From the sequence record OL960580: 64,000 bases of DNA. One strand, 5' to 3'. The number at the start of each line of letters is the position of its first letter. Within the stretch, counting starts at the first letter, position 1. Of this stretch, positions 1 to 11,553 are shown in pieces. The position numbers and the translations under genes are program-made. The DNA is from Escherichia phage vB_EcoM_SA21RB. Below the pieces are notes generated by a model that worked only from the letters and a program-made list of their open reading frames with translations, ran no database searches and was not told the origin of the DNA.

Positions 1-566
<566 letters not shown>

Positions 567-594
567 TATTAAAGCATATTAAAGAGGATTAAAA

Positions 595-2574
595 ATGACT
601 TTATTATCTCCGGGCATTGAGCTCAAAGAAACTACGGTTCAAAGCACCGTGGTTAATAACTCTACTGGTACAGCAGCTTTGGCCGGTAAATTCCAGTGGG
701 GTCCTGCTTTTCAGATTAAACAGGTTACAAATGAAGTAGATTTAGTTAATACTTTTGGTCAACCAACCGCTGAAACTGCTGACTATTTTATGTCTGCGAT
801 GAATTTCTTGCAGTACGGAAATGACTTACGAGTAGTTCGTGCTGTTGATAGAGATACCGCTAAAAACTCATCGCCAATTGCTGGTAATATTGAATACACA
901 ATTTCTACCCCAGGTAGTAACTACGCGGTTGGAGATAAAATCACGGTCAAATATGTTTCAGATGATATTGAAACTGAAGGTAAAATTACTGAAGTAGACG
1001 CAGATGGAAAAATTAAGAAAATTAATATTCCTACTGCAAAAATTATCGCTAAAGCGAAAGAAGTAGGCGAATATCCAACACTAGGTTCTAACTGGACTGC
1101 GGAAATTTCTTCATCTTCCTCTGGTTTAGCTGCAGTAATAACTCTTGGAAAAATTATTACTGATTCTGGTATTTTATTAGCTGAAATTGAAAATGCTGAA
1201 GCTGCTATAACAGCTGTTGATTTTCAGGAAAATCTTAAAAAATATGGAATTCCAGGAGTAGTAGCTCTTTATCCAGGCGAATTAGGCGATAAAATCGAAA
1301 TCGAAATCGTATCTAAAGCTGACTATGCAAAAGGAGCTTCTGCATTACTCCCAATTTATCCGGGCGGTGGTACTCGTGCATCTACTGCTAAAGCAGTGTT
1401 TGGATATGGACCACAAACTGATTCACAGTACGCTATTATAGTTCGTCGCAATGATGCTATTGTTCAAAGCGTTGTTCTTTCAACGAAGCGTGGTGAAAAA
1501 GATATTTACGATAGTAACATCTATATTGATGACTTTTTCGCAAAAGGTGGTTCAGAATATATTTTCGCAACTGCACAAAACTGGCCAGAAGGCTTCTCTG
1601 GAATTTTAACTCTGTCTGGTGGATTATCGTCAAATGCTGAAGTAACAGCAGGAGATTTGATGGAAGCTTGGGACTTCTTTGCTGACCGCGAATCTGTTGA
1701 TGTTCAGTTGTTTATTGCGGGTTCTTGCGCCGGCGAATCTTTAGAAACAGCATCTACTGTCCAAAAACACGTCGTTTCAATTGGTGATGCTCGCCAAGAC
1801 TGCTTAGTATTATGCTCACCACCGCGCGAAACTGTAGTTGGAATTCCTGTAACTCGTGCTGTTGATAACTTAGTCAATTGGAGAACTGCAACAGGTTCAT
1901 ACACTGATAATAACTTTAATATCAGTTCAACCTATGCGGCAATTGATGGTAACTATAAGTATCAGTATGACAAATATAATGATGTGAATCGTTGGGTTCC
2001 ATTAGCAGCTGATATTGCTGGTTTATGCGCAAGAACTGATAACGTTTCTCATACTTGGATGTCTCCAGCTGGTTATAATCGTGGCCAAATTTTGAACGTT
2101 ATTAAACTGGCTATTGAAACTCGCCAAGCTCAGCGCGACCGTTTATACCAAGAAGCTATTAACCCGGTAACTGGCACAGGTGGCGATGGTTACGTATTGT
2201 ATGGTGATAAAACAGCTACTTCTGTTCCTTCTCCGTTTGATCGTATTAACGTTCGTCGTCTGTTTAATATGTTGAAAACGAATATCGGACGTAGTTCAAA
2301 ATATCGTTTGTTCGAATTAAACAACGCGTTTACTCGTTCATCATTCCGCACAGAAACTGCCCAGTACTTACAGGGAATTAAAGCTCTCGGTGGAATTTAT
2401 GAATATCGTGTAGTTTGCGATACAACAAATAACACTCCGTCAGTAATTGATAGAAATGAGTTTGTTGCAACATTCTACATCCAACCGGCTAGAAGCATTA
2501 ACTACATTACCTTGAACTTCGTAGCAACTGCTACTGGTGCAGATTTCGATGAGTTAACTGGTCTTGCAGGTTAA
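595..2574 (+). CDS. 18: Tail sheath protein gp18
   Basis: 659-aa ORF, N-terminus MTLLSPGIELKETTVQ recognised as T4 gp18; SD AGAGGA upstream; length equals T4 gp18. Confidence 0.95.
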   Translation: MTLLSPGIELKETTVQSTVVNNSTGTAALAGKFQWGPAFQIKQVTNEVDLVNTFGQPTAETADYFMSAMNFLQYGNDLRVVRAVDRDTAKNSSPIAGNIEYTISTPGSNYAVGDKITVKYVSDDIETEGKITEVDADGKIKKINIPTAKIIAKAKEVGEYPTLGSNWTAEISSSSSGLAAVITLGKIITDSGILLAEIENAEAAITAVDFQENLKKYGIPGVVALYPGELGDKIEIEIVSKADYAKGASALLPIYPGGGTRASTAKAVFGYGPQTDSQYAIIVRRNDAIVQSVVLSTKRGEKDIYDSNIYIDDFFAKGGSEYIFATAQNWPEGFSGILTLSGGLSSNAEVTAGDLMEAWDFFADRESVDVQLFIAGSCAGESLETASTVQKHVVSIGDARQDCLVLCSPPRETVVGIPVTRAVDNLVNWRTATGSYTDNNFNISSTYAAIDGNYKYQYDKYNDVNRWVPLAADIAGLCARTDNVSHTWMSPAGYNRGQILNVIKLAIETRQAQRDRLYQEAINPVTGTGGDGYVLYGDKTATSVPSPFDRINVRRLFNMLKTNIGRSSKYRLFELNNAFTRSSFRTETAQYLQGIKALGGIYEYRVVCDTTNNTPSVIDRNEFVATFYIQPARSINYITLNFVATATGADFDELTGLAG

Positions 2575-2590
2575 TACGGTGCATTCTAAA

Positions 2591-2608
2591 GGCCTGTTTC
2601 GGCAGGCC
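2591..2608. terminator. Intergenic stem-loop GGCCUG-loop-CAGGCC after gene 18
   Basis: 6-bp GC stem seen directly; no strong U-run so may be a stability or processing hairpin rather than a terminator. Confidence 0.4.
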
Positions 2609-2609
2609 A

Positions 2610-2617
2610 TATAAATA
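2610..2617 (+). promoter_or_regulatory. Late promoter box TATAAATA (distal, gene 19)
   Basis: Exact TATAAATA in the 18-19 intergenic region. Confidence 0.45.
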
Positions 2618-2668
2618 CACTATATCCTTAATTCTTTAATTCTATATGCCCTAGGTTAAACATAGGGA

Positions 2669-2676
2669 TATAAATA
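2669..2676 (+). promoter_or_regulatory. Late promoter box TATAAATA (proximal, gene 19)
   Basis: Exact TATAAATA 15 nt upstream of the gene 19 ATG. Confidence 0.55.
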
Positions 2677-2690
2677 CTACAGAGGCTAAT

Positions 2691-3182
2691 ATGTTTGTAG
2701 ATGATGTAACACGAGCGTTTGAATCTGGTGATTTTGCTCGACCTAACTTGTTCCAAGTAGAAATTTCTTATCTTGGACAAAATTTTACGTTTCAATGTAA
2801 AGCCACTGCTTTACCAGCTGGTATTGTAGAAAAAATTCCAGTCGGATTTATGAACCGTAAAATTAACGTAGCAGGCGATCGTACATTCGATGACTGGACT
2901 ATTACAGTAATGAATGATGAGGCGCATGATGCACGCCAGAAGTTTGTTGACTGGCAAAGCATTGCTGCTGGGCAAGGAAACGAAATTACCGGTGGAAAAC
3001 CAGCAGAGTATAAAAAGAGCGCTATTGTACGCCAATATGCTCGTGACGCTAAAACTGTAACAAAAGAAGTCGAAATTAAAGGCCTGTGGCCTACTAACGT
3101 GGGTGAACTTCAATTAGATTGGGATTCAAACAATGAAATCCAAACCTTTGAAGTAACTCTCGCTCTCGATTATTGGGAATAA
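2691..3182 (+). CDS. 19: Tail tube protein gp19
   Basis: 163-aa ORF, same length as T4 gp19; follows gene 18. Confidence 0.93.
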   Translation: MFVDDVTRAFESGDFARPNLFQVEISYLGQNFTFQCKATALPAGIVEKIPVGFMNRKINVAGDRTFDDWTITVMNDEAHDARQKFVDWQSIAAGQGNEITGGKPAEYKKSAIVRQYARDAKTVTKEVEIKGLWPTNVGELQLDWDSNNEIQTFEVTLALDYWE

Positions 3183-3189
3183 AATGAAT

Positions 3190-3203
3190 GGGGAGAAATC
3201 CCC
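3190..3203 (+). terminator. Small stem-loop GGGGA-GAAA-UCCCC after gene 19
   Basis: 5-bp stem with GAAA tetraloop, seen directly. Confidence 0.35.
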
Positions 3204-3214
3204 ATCCTGCTTAA

Positions 3215-4839
<1,625 letters not shown>

Positions 4840-4840
<1 letters not shown>

Positions 4841-5088
4841 TGGAAGGTTTAATTGAAGCTATTAAATCAAACGACCTCGTAGCCGCTCGTAAATTATTTG
4901 CTGAAGCCATGGCTGCAAGAACGATTGATTTAATTAAAGAAGAAAAAATCGCTATCGCTCGTAATTTCTTAATCGAAGGTGAAGAACCTGAAGATGAGGA
5001 TGATGACGAAGACGAAGATGGTGATGATAAAGACGACAAAAAAGACAAAGACTCTGACGAAGATGACGAAGACGAGGATGATGAATAA
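4840..5088 (+). CDS. 67: Prohead core protein gp67 with acidic D/E-rich C-terminal tail
   Basis: 82-aa ORF overlapping the gene 20 stop (TAATG); acidic tail typical of T4 gp67. Confidence 0.88.
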
Positions 5089-5513
5089 TGCTTCTGATCC
5101 CTGAAACTCATGAATTAGTTCTCGAGAATGTCGAAGCACTTATTCCTGAAGCACAGGGTCGCTTTGACGAATTGTCTTCTGCTTTAAATAAAGACGATAT
5201 AAATACAATTGTCGAGAATATGCTTGATGATGAAACTGATTTAGCAGTTGCATTAGCTTCTATTAATGAAAACATGCCGTTAAATGAATTCATTGTTAAG
5301 CACGTTTCAGCTCGTGGTGAAATTACACGTACTAAAGATCGCAAAACACGCGAACGTAATGCATTTCAAACCACTGGGCTGTCTAAAGCAAAACGTAGAC
5401 AAATTGCTCGTAAAGCTACCAAAACGAAGATTGCCAATCCAGCAGGTCAATCTCGTGCTCAGCGTAAGCGTAAAAAAGCTCTTAAACGCCGTAAAGCATT
5501 AGGATTAAGCTAA
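5088..5513 (+). CDS. 68: Prohead core protein gp68
   Basis: 141-aa ORF, start overlaps gene 67 stop; position and length as T4 gp68. Confidence 0.88.
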
Positions 5514-6151
5514 TGAATGAACCCCAATTACTAATTGAAACTTGGGGTCAACCTGGCGAAATTATTGATGGTGTGCCAATGCTTGAATCCCACGATGGAA
5601 AAGACCTAGGTTTAAAACCGGGTTTATACATCGAAGGAATATTCATGCAAGCAGAAGTCGTCAATAGAAATAAACGTCTTTATCCAAAACGCATATTAGA
5701 AAAAGCGGTAAAAGACTATATCAATGAGCAAGTTTTAACTAAACAAGCTCTCGGAGAATTAAATCATCCTCCACGCGCTAATGTTGACCCGATGCAAGCC
5801 GCTATCATTATAGAAGATATGTGGTGGAAAGGAAATGACGTATACGGACGAGCTCGTGTTATTGAAGGTGACCACGGTCCTGGAGATAAATTAGCAGCTA
5901 ATATTCGTGCCGGATGGATTCCAGGAGTTTCTTCTCGTGGATTAGGTTCATTGACTGACACAAATAAAGGTTATCGTATCGTAAACGAAGGATTCAAATT
6001 AACTGTAGGTGTTGATGCAGTATGGGGTCCAAGTGCTCCAGATGCATGGGTAACTCCTAAGGAAATTACCGAATCACAGACGGCGGAAGCCGATACAAGT
6101 GCCGATGACGCCTATATGGCTCTCGCAGAGGCCATGAAAAAAGCGTTATAA
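5513..6151 (+). CDS. 21: Prohead core scaffold protease gp21
   Basis: 212-aa ORF, same length and position as T4 gp21. Confidence 0.92.
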   Translation: MNEPQLLIETWGQPGEIIDGVPMLESHDGKDLGLKPGLYIEGIFMQAEVVNRNKRLYPKRILEKAVKDYINEQVLTKQALGELNHPPRANVDPMQAAIIIEDMWWKGNDVYGRARVIEGDHGPGDKLAANIRAGWIPGVSSRGLGSLTDTNKGYRIVNEGFKLTVGVDAVWGPSAPDAWVTPKEITESQTAEADTSADDAYMALAEAMKKAL

Positions 6152-6153
6152 AT
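6146..6153 (+). promoter_or_regulatory. Late promoter box TATAAATA upstream of gene 22
   Basis: Exact motif 29 nt upstream of the gene 22 ATG. Confidence 0.55.
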
Positions 6154-6181
6154 ATTATTATCTAAACAACAGGACTACAAA

Positions 6182-6991
6182 ATGCTTAAAGAACAACTGA
6201 TTGCCGAAGCGCAGAAAATTGATGCTTCCGTTGCTCTTGATAGTATTTTCGAATCAGTTAATATTTCTCCGGAAGCAAAAGAAACTTTCGGCACTGTATT
6301 CGAAGCTACCGTCAAGCAGCACGCCGTTAAATTAGCTGAATCTCATATCGCTAAAATTGCTGAAAAAGCAGAAGAAGAAGTAGAAAAAAATAAAGAAGAA
6401 GCCGAAGAAAAAGCTGAGAAGAAAATCGCTGAGCAAGCTTCTAAATTCATCGACCATCTTGCGAAAGAATGGCTCGCTGAAAATAAATTAGCAGTTGATA
6501 AAGGCATCAAAGCCGAACTGTTTGAATCCATGCTTGGTGGATTAAAAGAGCTCTTTGTTGAACACAACGTTGTTGTTCCAGAAGAATCAGTTGATGTTGT
6601 AGCTGAAATGGAAGAAGAGCTGCAAGAACATAAAGAAGAATCAGCTCGTCTGTTCGAAGAACTCAATAAGCGTGACGCATATATCAATTATGTGCAGCGT
6701 GAAGTGGCATTGAGCGAAAGTACTAAAGATCTGACTGAGTCTCAAAAAGAAAAAGTCTCTGCTCTGGTCGAAGGTATGGATTATTCAGATGAATTCTCAA
6801 GTAAATTGAGTGCCATCGTAGAAATGGTGAAGAAGTCTAATAAAGATGAAAGCACTATTACTGAGGGTATAAATACTCCTGATACTGAAGCAGCCGGACT
6901 GAATTTCGTCACTGAAGCTGTAGAAGATAAAACTGCACCTGGTGCAGAAGATATTGTAAGTGTATATGCGAAAGTCGCATCTCGTTTCTAA
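6182..6991 (+). CDS. 22: Prohead core scaffold protein gp22
   Basis: 269-aa ORF, acidic coiled-coil-like composition, length as T4 gp22. Confidence 0.92.
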   Translation: MLKEQLIAEAQKIDASVALDSIFESVNISPEAKETFGTVFEATVKQHAVKLAESHIAKIAEKAEEEVEKNKEEAEEKAEKKIAEQASKFIDHLAKEWLAENKLAVDKGIKAELFESMLGGLKELFVEHNVVVPEESVDVVAEMEEELQEHKEESARLFEELNKRDAYINYVQREVALSESTKDLTESQKEKVSALVEGMDYSDEFSSKLSAIVEMVKKSNKDESTITEGINTPDTEAAGLNFVTEAVEDKTAPGAEDIVSVYAKVASRF

Positions 6992-7009
6992 TTTTAAAGG
7001 TTAACACAA

Positions 7010-8575
7010 ATGACTATCAAAACTAAAGCTGAACTTTTGAACAAATGGAAGCCATTACTGGAAGGTGAAGGTTTACCGGAAATTGCTAATAGCAAACAAG
7101 CGATTATCGCTAAAATCTTTGAAAACCAGGAAAAAGATTTCCAGACAGCTCCGGAATATAAAGACGAAAAAATTGCTCAGGCATTTGGTTCTTTCTTAAC
7201 AGAAGCTGAAATCGGTGGTGACCACGGTTACAATGCTACTAACATCGCTGCAGGTCAGACTTCTGGCGCAGTAACTCAGATTGGCCCGGCTGTTATGGGT
7301 ATGGTACGTCGTGCTATTCCTAACCTGATTGCTTTCGATATTTGCGGTGTTCAGCCGATGAGCAGCCCAACCGGTCAGGTATTCGCACTGCGCGCAGTAT
7401 ATGGTAAAGACCCAATCGCTGCCGATGCTAAAGAAGCATTCCACCCAATGTATGGTCCAGATGCAATGTTCTCTGGTCAGGGTGCTGCTAAGAAATTCCC
7501 AGCTCTGGCTGCTAGCACACAAACCGTTGTAGGTGATATCTATACTCACTTCTTCCAGGAAACTGGTACTGTGTATCTGCAAGCTTCCGCTGTAGTAACA
7601 ATCGATGCTAGTGCTACTGATGCAGCTAAATTAGATGCTGAAATTAAGAAACAAATGGAAGCTGGTGCACTGGTAGAAATCGCTGAAGGTATGGCTACTT
7701 CTATCGCTGAACTCCAGGAAGGTTTCAACGGTTCTACCGATAACCCATGGAATGAAATGGGCTTCCGTATCGATAAACAAGTTATCGAAGCTAAATCTCG
7801 TCAGCTGAAAGCTGCTTACTCTATCGAATTAGCACAAGACCTCCGCGCTGTTCACGGTATGGATGCTGATGCTGAACTGTCTGGTATTCTGGCTACCGAA
7901 ATCATGCTGGAAATCAACCGCGAAGTTGTTGATTGGATTAACTACTCAGCTCAGGTTGGTAAATCTGGTATGACCCTGACTCCGGGTTCTAAAGCTGGTG
8001 TATTTGACTTCCAGGATCCGATTGATATTCGTGGTGCTCGCTGGGCGGGTGAATCCTTTAAAGCTCTGTTGTTCCAGATTGACAAAGAAGCAGTTGAAAT
8101 TGCTCGTCAGACCGGTCGTGGTGAAGGTAACTTCATTATCGCTTCCCGTAACGTAGTTAACGTACTGGCTTCAGTTGATACTGGTATTTCTTATGCTGCA
8201 CAGGGTCTGGCTACCGGCTTTAACACTGATACTACCAAGTCAGTATTTGCTGGTGTTCTGGGTGGTAAATACCGTGTATATATCGATCAGTATGCTAAAC
8301 AGGATTATTTCACTGTAGGTTATAAAGGTCCGAACGAAATGGATGCTGGTATTTACTATGCTCCATATGTAGCTCTGACTCCGCTGCGTGGTTCCGATCC
8401 GAAGAACTTCCAACCAGTAATGGGATTCAAAACTCGTTACGGTATCGGTATCAACCCATTTGCAGAATCCGCTGCTCAGGCTCCGGCTTCTCGCATCCAG
8501 AGCGGTATGCCTTCTATTCTGAATAGCCTTGGTAAAAACGCTTACTTCCGCCGTGTATATGTTAAAGGTATCTAA
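7010..8575 (+). CDS. 23: Major capsid protein gp23
   Basis: 521-aa ORF, same length as T4 gp23; strong codon bias consistent with a highly expressed gene. Confidence 0.96.
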   Translation: MTIKTKAELLNKWKPLLEGEGLPEIANSKQAIIAKIFENQEKDFQTAPEYKDEKIAQAFGSFLTEAEIGGDHGYNATNIAAGQTSGAVTQIGPAVMGMVRRAIPNLIAFDICGVQPMSSPTGQVFALRAVYGKDPIAADAKEAFHPMYGPDAMFSGQGAAKKFPALAASTQTVVGDIYTHFFQETGTVYLQASAVVTIDASATDAAKLDAEIKKQMEAGALVEIAEGMATSIAELQEGFNGSTDNPWNEMGFRIDKQVIEAKSRQLKAAYSIELAQDLRAVHGMDADAELSGILATEIMLEINREVVDWINYSAQVGKSGMTLTPGSKAGVFDFQDPIDIRGARWAGESFKALLFQIDKEAVEIARQTGRGEGNFIIASRNVVNVLASVDTGISYAAQGLATGFNTDTTKSVFAGVLGGKYRVYIDQYAKQDYFTVGYKGPNEMDAGIYYAPYVALTPLRGSDPKNFQPVMGFKTRYGIGINPFAESAAQAPASRIQSGMPSILNSLGKNAYFRRVYVKGI

Positions 8576-8588
8576 TCTTTGACGATTT

Positions 8589-8620
8589 AAGGGACCTTCG
8601 GGTCCCTTAGTTGTTTTTAT
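8589..8620 (+). terminator. Rho-independent terminator after gene 23
   Basis: AAGGGACC-UUCG-GGUCCCUU hairpin followed by a U-rich tract. Confidence 0.75.
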
Positions 8621-8622
8621 GG

Positions 8623-8630
8623 TATAAATA
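8623..8630 (+). promoter_or_regulatory. Late promoter box TATAAATA upstream of gene 24
   Basis: Exact motif 28 nt upstream of the gene 24 ATG. Confidence 0.55.
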
Positions 8631-8657
8631 AATCATATAAACCAAAAGGAAAGCGCA

Positions 8658-9941
8658 ATGGCTAAAATCAACGAACTTCTGCGCGAATCAACCACAACGA
8701 ATAGCAACTCAATCGGTCGCCCAAATCTCGTTGCTTTGACTCGCGCTACCACTAAATTAATATATTCTGACATTGTAGCAACGCAAAGAACTAATCAACC
8801 TGTTGCTGCTTTTTATGGTATCAAATACCTTAACCCAGATAACGAATTTACGTTTAAAACTGGTGCTACTTACGCTGGCGAAGCTGGATATGTAGACCGA
8901 GAACAAATCACAGAATTAACAGAAGAGTCTAAATTAACTCTCAATAAAGGCGATTTATTCAAATATAATAATATCGTTTATAAAGTATTAGAAGATACAC
9001 CATTTGCTACCATTGAAGAAAGCGATTTAGAACTAGCTCTTCAGATTGCAATTGTTCTTTTAAAGGTTCGTCTATTTTCTGACGCAGCGTCAACGAGCAA
9101 ATTTGAAAGCTCTGATAGCGAAATTGCTGATGCTAGATTCCAGATTAATAAATGGCAAACCGCAGTTAAATCTCGTAAACTTAAAACTGGCATTACAGTT
9201 GAATTAGCACAAGATTTAGAAGCAAATGGATTCGATGCTCCTAATTTCTTGGAAGATTTGCTTGCAACTGAAATGGCAGATGAAATCAATAAAGATATTC
9301 TGCAATCTTTGATTACAGTATCAAAACGCTATAAAGTTACAGGAATTACTGATACTGGATTCATTGATTTGAGTTATGCATCTGCACCTGAAGCTGGTCG
9401 TTCATTATACCGAATGGTATGTGAAATGGTTTCGCATATCCAAAAAGAATCAACTTATACTGCAACGTTCTGTGTTGCTTCAGCTCGTGCCGCTGCGATT
9501 CTTGCTGCATCAGGTTGGTTAAAACATAAACCAGAAGATGACAAATATCTTTCACAAAATGCCTACGGGTTCTTAGCTAATGGTTTACCGCTTTATTGCG
9601 ATACTAACAGCCCATTAGATTATGTAATCGTTGGTGTAGTAGAAAATATCGGTGAAAAAGAAATTGTTGGGTCAATTTTCTATGCTCCGTATACAGAAGG
9701 TCTTGACTTAGATGACCCTGAACATGTAGGTGCATTTAAAGTTGTAGTCGATCCAGAAAGTTTGCAGCCATCTATCGGTTTATTAGTTAGATATGCTTTA
9801 TCTGCAAATCCTTACACTGTAGCAAAAGATGAAAAAGAAGCAAGAATAATTGATGGTGGAGACATGGATAAAATGGCGGGTCGTTCAGATTTGTCTGTTT
9901 TATTAGGTGTTAAACTGCCAAAAATTATCGTTGATGAATAA
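8658..9941 (+). CDS. 24: Capsid vertex protein gp24
   Basis: 427-aa ORF, length as T4 gp24, recognisable similarity to gp23. Confidence 0.93.
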   Translation: MAKINELLRESTTTNSNSIGRPNLVALTRATTKLIYSDIVATQRTNQPVAAFYGIKYLNPDNEFTFKTGATYAGEAGYVDREQITELTEESKLTLNKGDLFKYNNIVYKVLEDTPFATIEESDLELALQIAIVLLKVRLFSDAASTSKFESSDSEIADARFQINKWQTAVKSRKLKTGITVELAQDLEANGFDAPNFLEDLLATEMADEINKDILQSLITVSKRYKVTGITDTGFIDLSYASAPEAGRSLYRMVCEMVSHIQKESTYTATFCVASARAAAILAASGWLKHKPEDDKYLSQNAYGFLANGLPLYCDTNSPLDYVIVGVVENIGEKEIVGSIFYAPYTEGLDLDDPEHVGAFKVVVDPESLQPSIGLLVRYALSANPYTVAKDEKEARIIDGGDMDKMAGRSDLSVLLGVKLPKIIVDE

Positions 9942-9944
9942 AAC

Positions 9945-9970
9945 AAAGGGACCGAAAGGTCCCTTTTTAT
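9945..9970. terminator. Bidirectional terminator between gene 24 (+) and rnlB (-)
   Basis: 9-bp stem AAAGGGACC-GAAA-GGUCCCUUU with U-runs on both strands. Confidence 0.75.
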
Positions 9971-10975
9971 TTAACTTACCAATTCAATCCAAGCCGGACG
10001 AAGTACATCTTGTACCATTTTAACTAATTCCTTTTTAATCAAAGAAGGATTATCCGCTTGAGTTAGAGTAATACCTTCACGAGAAGTTTCTTCCAAAATA
10101 TCTTGAACAGTTAGTCCCATCACCTTTCCAAAATCCTTTGGACCAATTTCGCCAATTTTAGAAATAACGTTATTTACTCGGTTCAGTGTAACGTAGCAAG
10201 CTAAAATTCCCAGCAATTTATTATCAGCTTCTGACAACTCAACTTTAGCTTTAATAGGCTTATCAGACTTTTTCTTTTCGCTGAATTTAGAGTTCTTGCA
10301 TTTAATCGCTACGCGATTGCCATTAGGCATCCAAGAAGGATAACAAGGTTTTAATACATAACCTTCAGCGGTAAATACTTCGCCTTTTGCTTCGGCATTC
10401 CAAACGCATTTATTTGCATCAACTAATCCAGCGTGGTCTACCGTAAAATTATAATCCTGGACGACAGAATCTAAATCATTTGGCAATTTAATAAGTTCTT
10501 CAAATTTACCACGACCCAAAAGTGGAGCCATTTTAAATTTGAATGTATTACAGAATGATTCCATCATATAATCATCGACATAAGTCACATCACCACTTTC
10601 TGTAGTAACAATAATGTCAAATACATAAAAATCTTTATCGCCATAATCAACATTCTTCTGAATGCCAGGTCCAGCGAATTCGCCGAAAACTTGATAAGAT
10701 ACAACCGCTGAAGTTTCCATAATATCTTGTACTGCTTTAATGGAATCAGCGTAATTCTTTAGAATAATTTCATACCCAAAGAAATCTTCAGCAGGAAGAA
10801 TCGGTCCAGTACGTTTAGCACAAGTTGCTTTATCGCGTTCAATAATCAGTGAGAAATTTGTGCCATGAATCTTTTCACGAGCTACCCATTCGCCACCAGT
10901 CAATCCTAAACTGTAGAGTTTTTCAATGAATTTAGAATTGTAATGATTTTCAAGACTGCTATACTTTTTAAACAT
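9971..10975 (-). CDS. rnlB: RNA ligase 2 (Rnl2)
   Basis: 334-aa ORF with nucleotidyltransferase motif KIHGTN near the N-terminus; length and position of T4 rnlB. Confidence 0.9.
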   Translation of the reverse strand: MFKKYSSLENHYNSKFIEKLYSLGLTGGEWVAREKIHGTNFSLIIERDKATCAKRTGPILPAEDFFGYEIILKNYADSIKAVQDIMETSAVVSYQVFGEFAGPGIQKNVDYGDKDFYVFDIIVTTESGDVTYVDDYMMESFCNTFKFKMAPLLGRGKFEELIKLPNDLDSVVQDYNFTVDHAGLVDANKCVWNAEAKGEVFTAEGYVLKPCYPSWMPNGNRVAIKCKNSKFSEKKKSDKPIKAKVELSEADNKLLGILACYVTLNRVNNVISKIGEIGPKDFGKVMGLTVQDILEETSREGITLTQADNPSLIKKELVKMVQDVLRPAWIELVS

Positions 10976-10984
10976 AATTAATCC

Positions 10985-11263
10985 TCAAAATGTAATTTCT
11001 AACCAATCACCATCACGCTGATCACTATTGACTTTAAAGCTAAATCCTTCTTTTCTCAGCCAATCACCAATTTCTTCAGTAATCAATTTATCGCGAGCAG
11101 CACAATAATAACTAAAATATGTTTTACCTTGTTCAGCTGCTTTATTAGCAAGTTCCGAAAAATCTTTAATAAAACACTCTAGTTTAAACTGTTTACTTTT
11201 AAGTGCTTTTTCGCGTAATTGATTAGCAAAAGATTCATTTTCATAAAGATCATACTGTTCCAT
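10985..11263 (-). CDS. 24.2: Hypothetical protein (T4 24.2 position)
   Basis: 92-aa ATG-initiated ORF in a tightly packed array. Confidence 0.7.
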   Translation of the reverse strand: MEQYDLYENESFANQLREKALKSKQFKLECFIKDFSELANKAAEQGKTYFSYYCAARDKLITEEIGDWLRKEGFSFKVNSDQRDGDWLEITF

Positions 11264-11465
11264 TTTTCACCTTTTTATTAATATGTCTTTTTCTATAGAC
11301 AACTTTTTCTCGAGTCTCAAATTTATTCTTAGCAGTCATAGCTCGAGCCCACAATACAGCCACTTCTTTCGCCTGCAAGTTCAATTCACGAGCAATTTCA
11401 ATGAATGACTTTCCAGACTCATGAAGAGTAAACACCACAACCTCAGTTCTCATAATCAATCTCAT
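11250..11465 (-). CDS. 24.3: Hypothetical small basic protein (T4 24.3 position)
   Basis: 71-aa ATG-initiated ORF; basic C-terminus. Confidence 0.65.
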   Translation of the reverse strand: MRLIMRTEVVVFTLHESGKSFIEIARELNLQAKEVAVLWARAMTAKNKFETREKVVYRKRHINKKVKNGTV

Positions 11466-11520
11466 GTTATCGAGTTGATGCCATTATATACAACGTTTTC
11501 TGATTGTGTCTTGCGTGCTT

Positions 11521-11548
11521 TCAAAATGAAGAAAGGGGCCGAAGCCCC
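11521..11548 (-). terminator. Terminator-like hairpin after hoc
   Basis: GGGGCC-GAAG-GCCCC hairpin followed by a U-rich tract on the minus strand. Confidence 0.6.
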
Positions 11549-11553
11549 TGAGA

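Noticed and set aside
1704-3113. Short antisense ORFs within genes 18 and 19 (1704-1904, 2811-3113)
   Set aside because: Embedded antisense in highly expressed structural genes; no SD
6343-6687. 114-aa minus-strand ORF inside gene 22
   Set aside because: Antisense to a well-supported late gene; Ser-rich low-complexity translation of GAA/GCT-rich coding sequence
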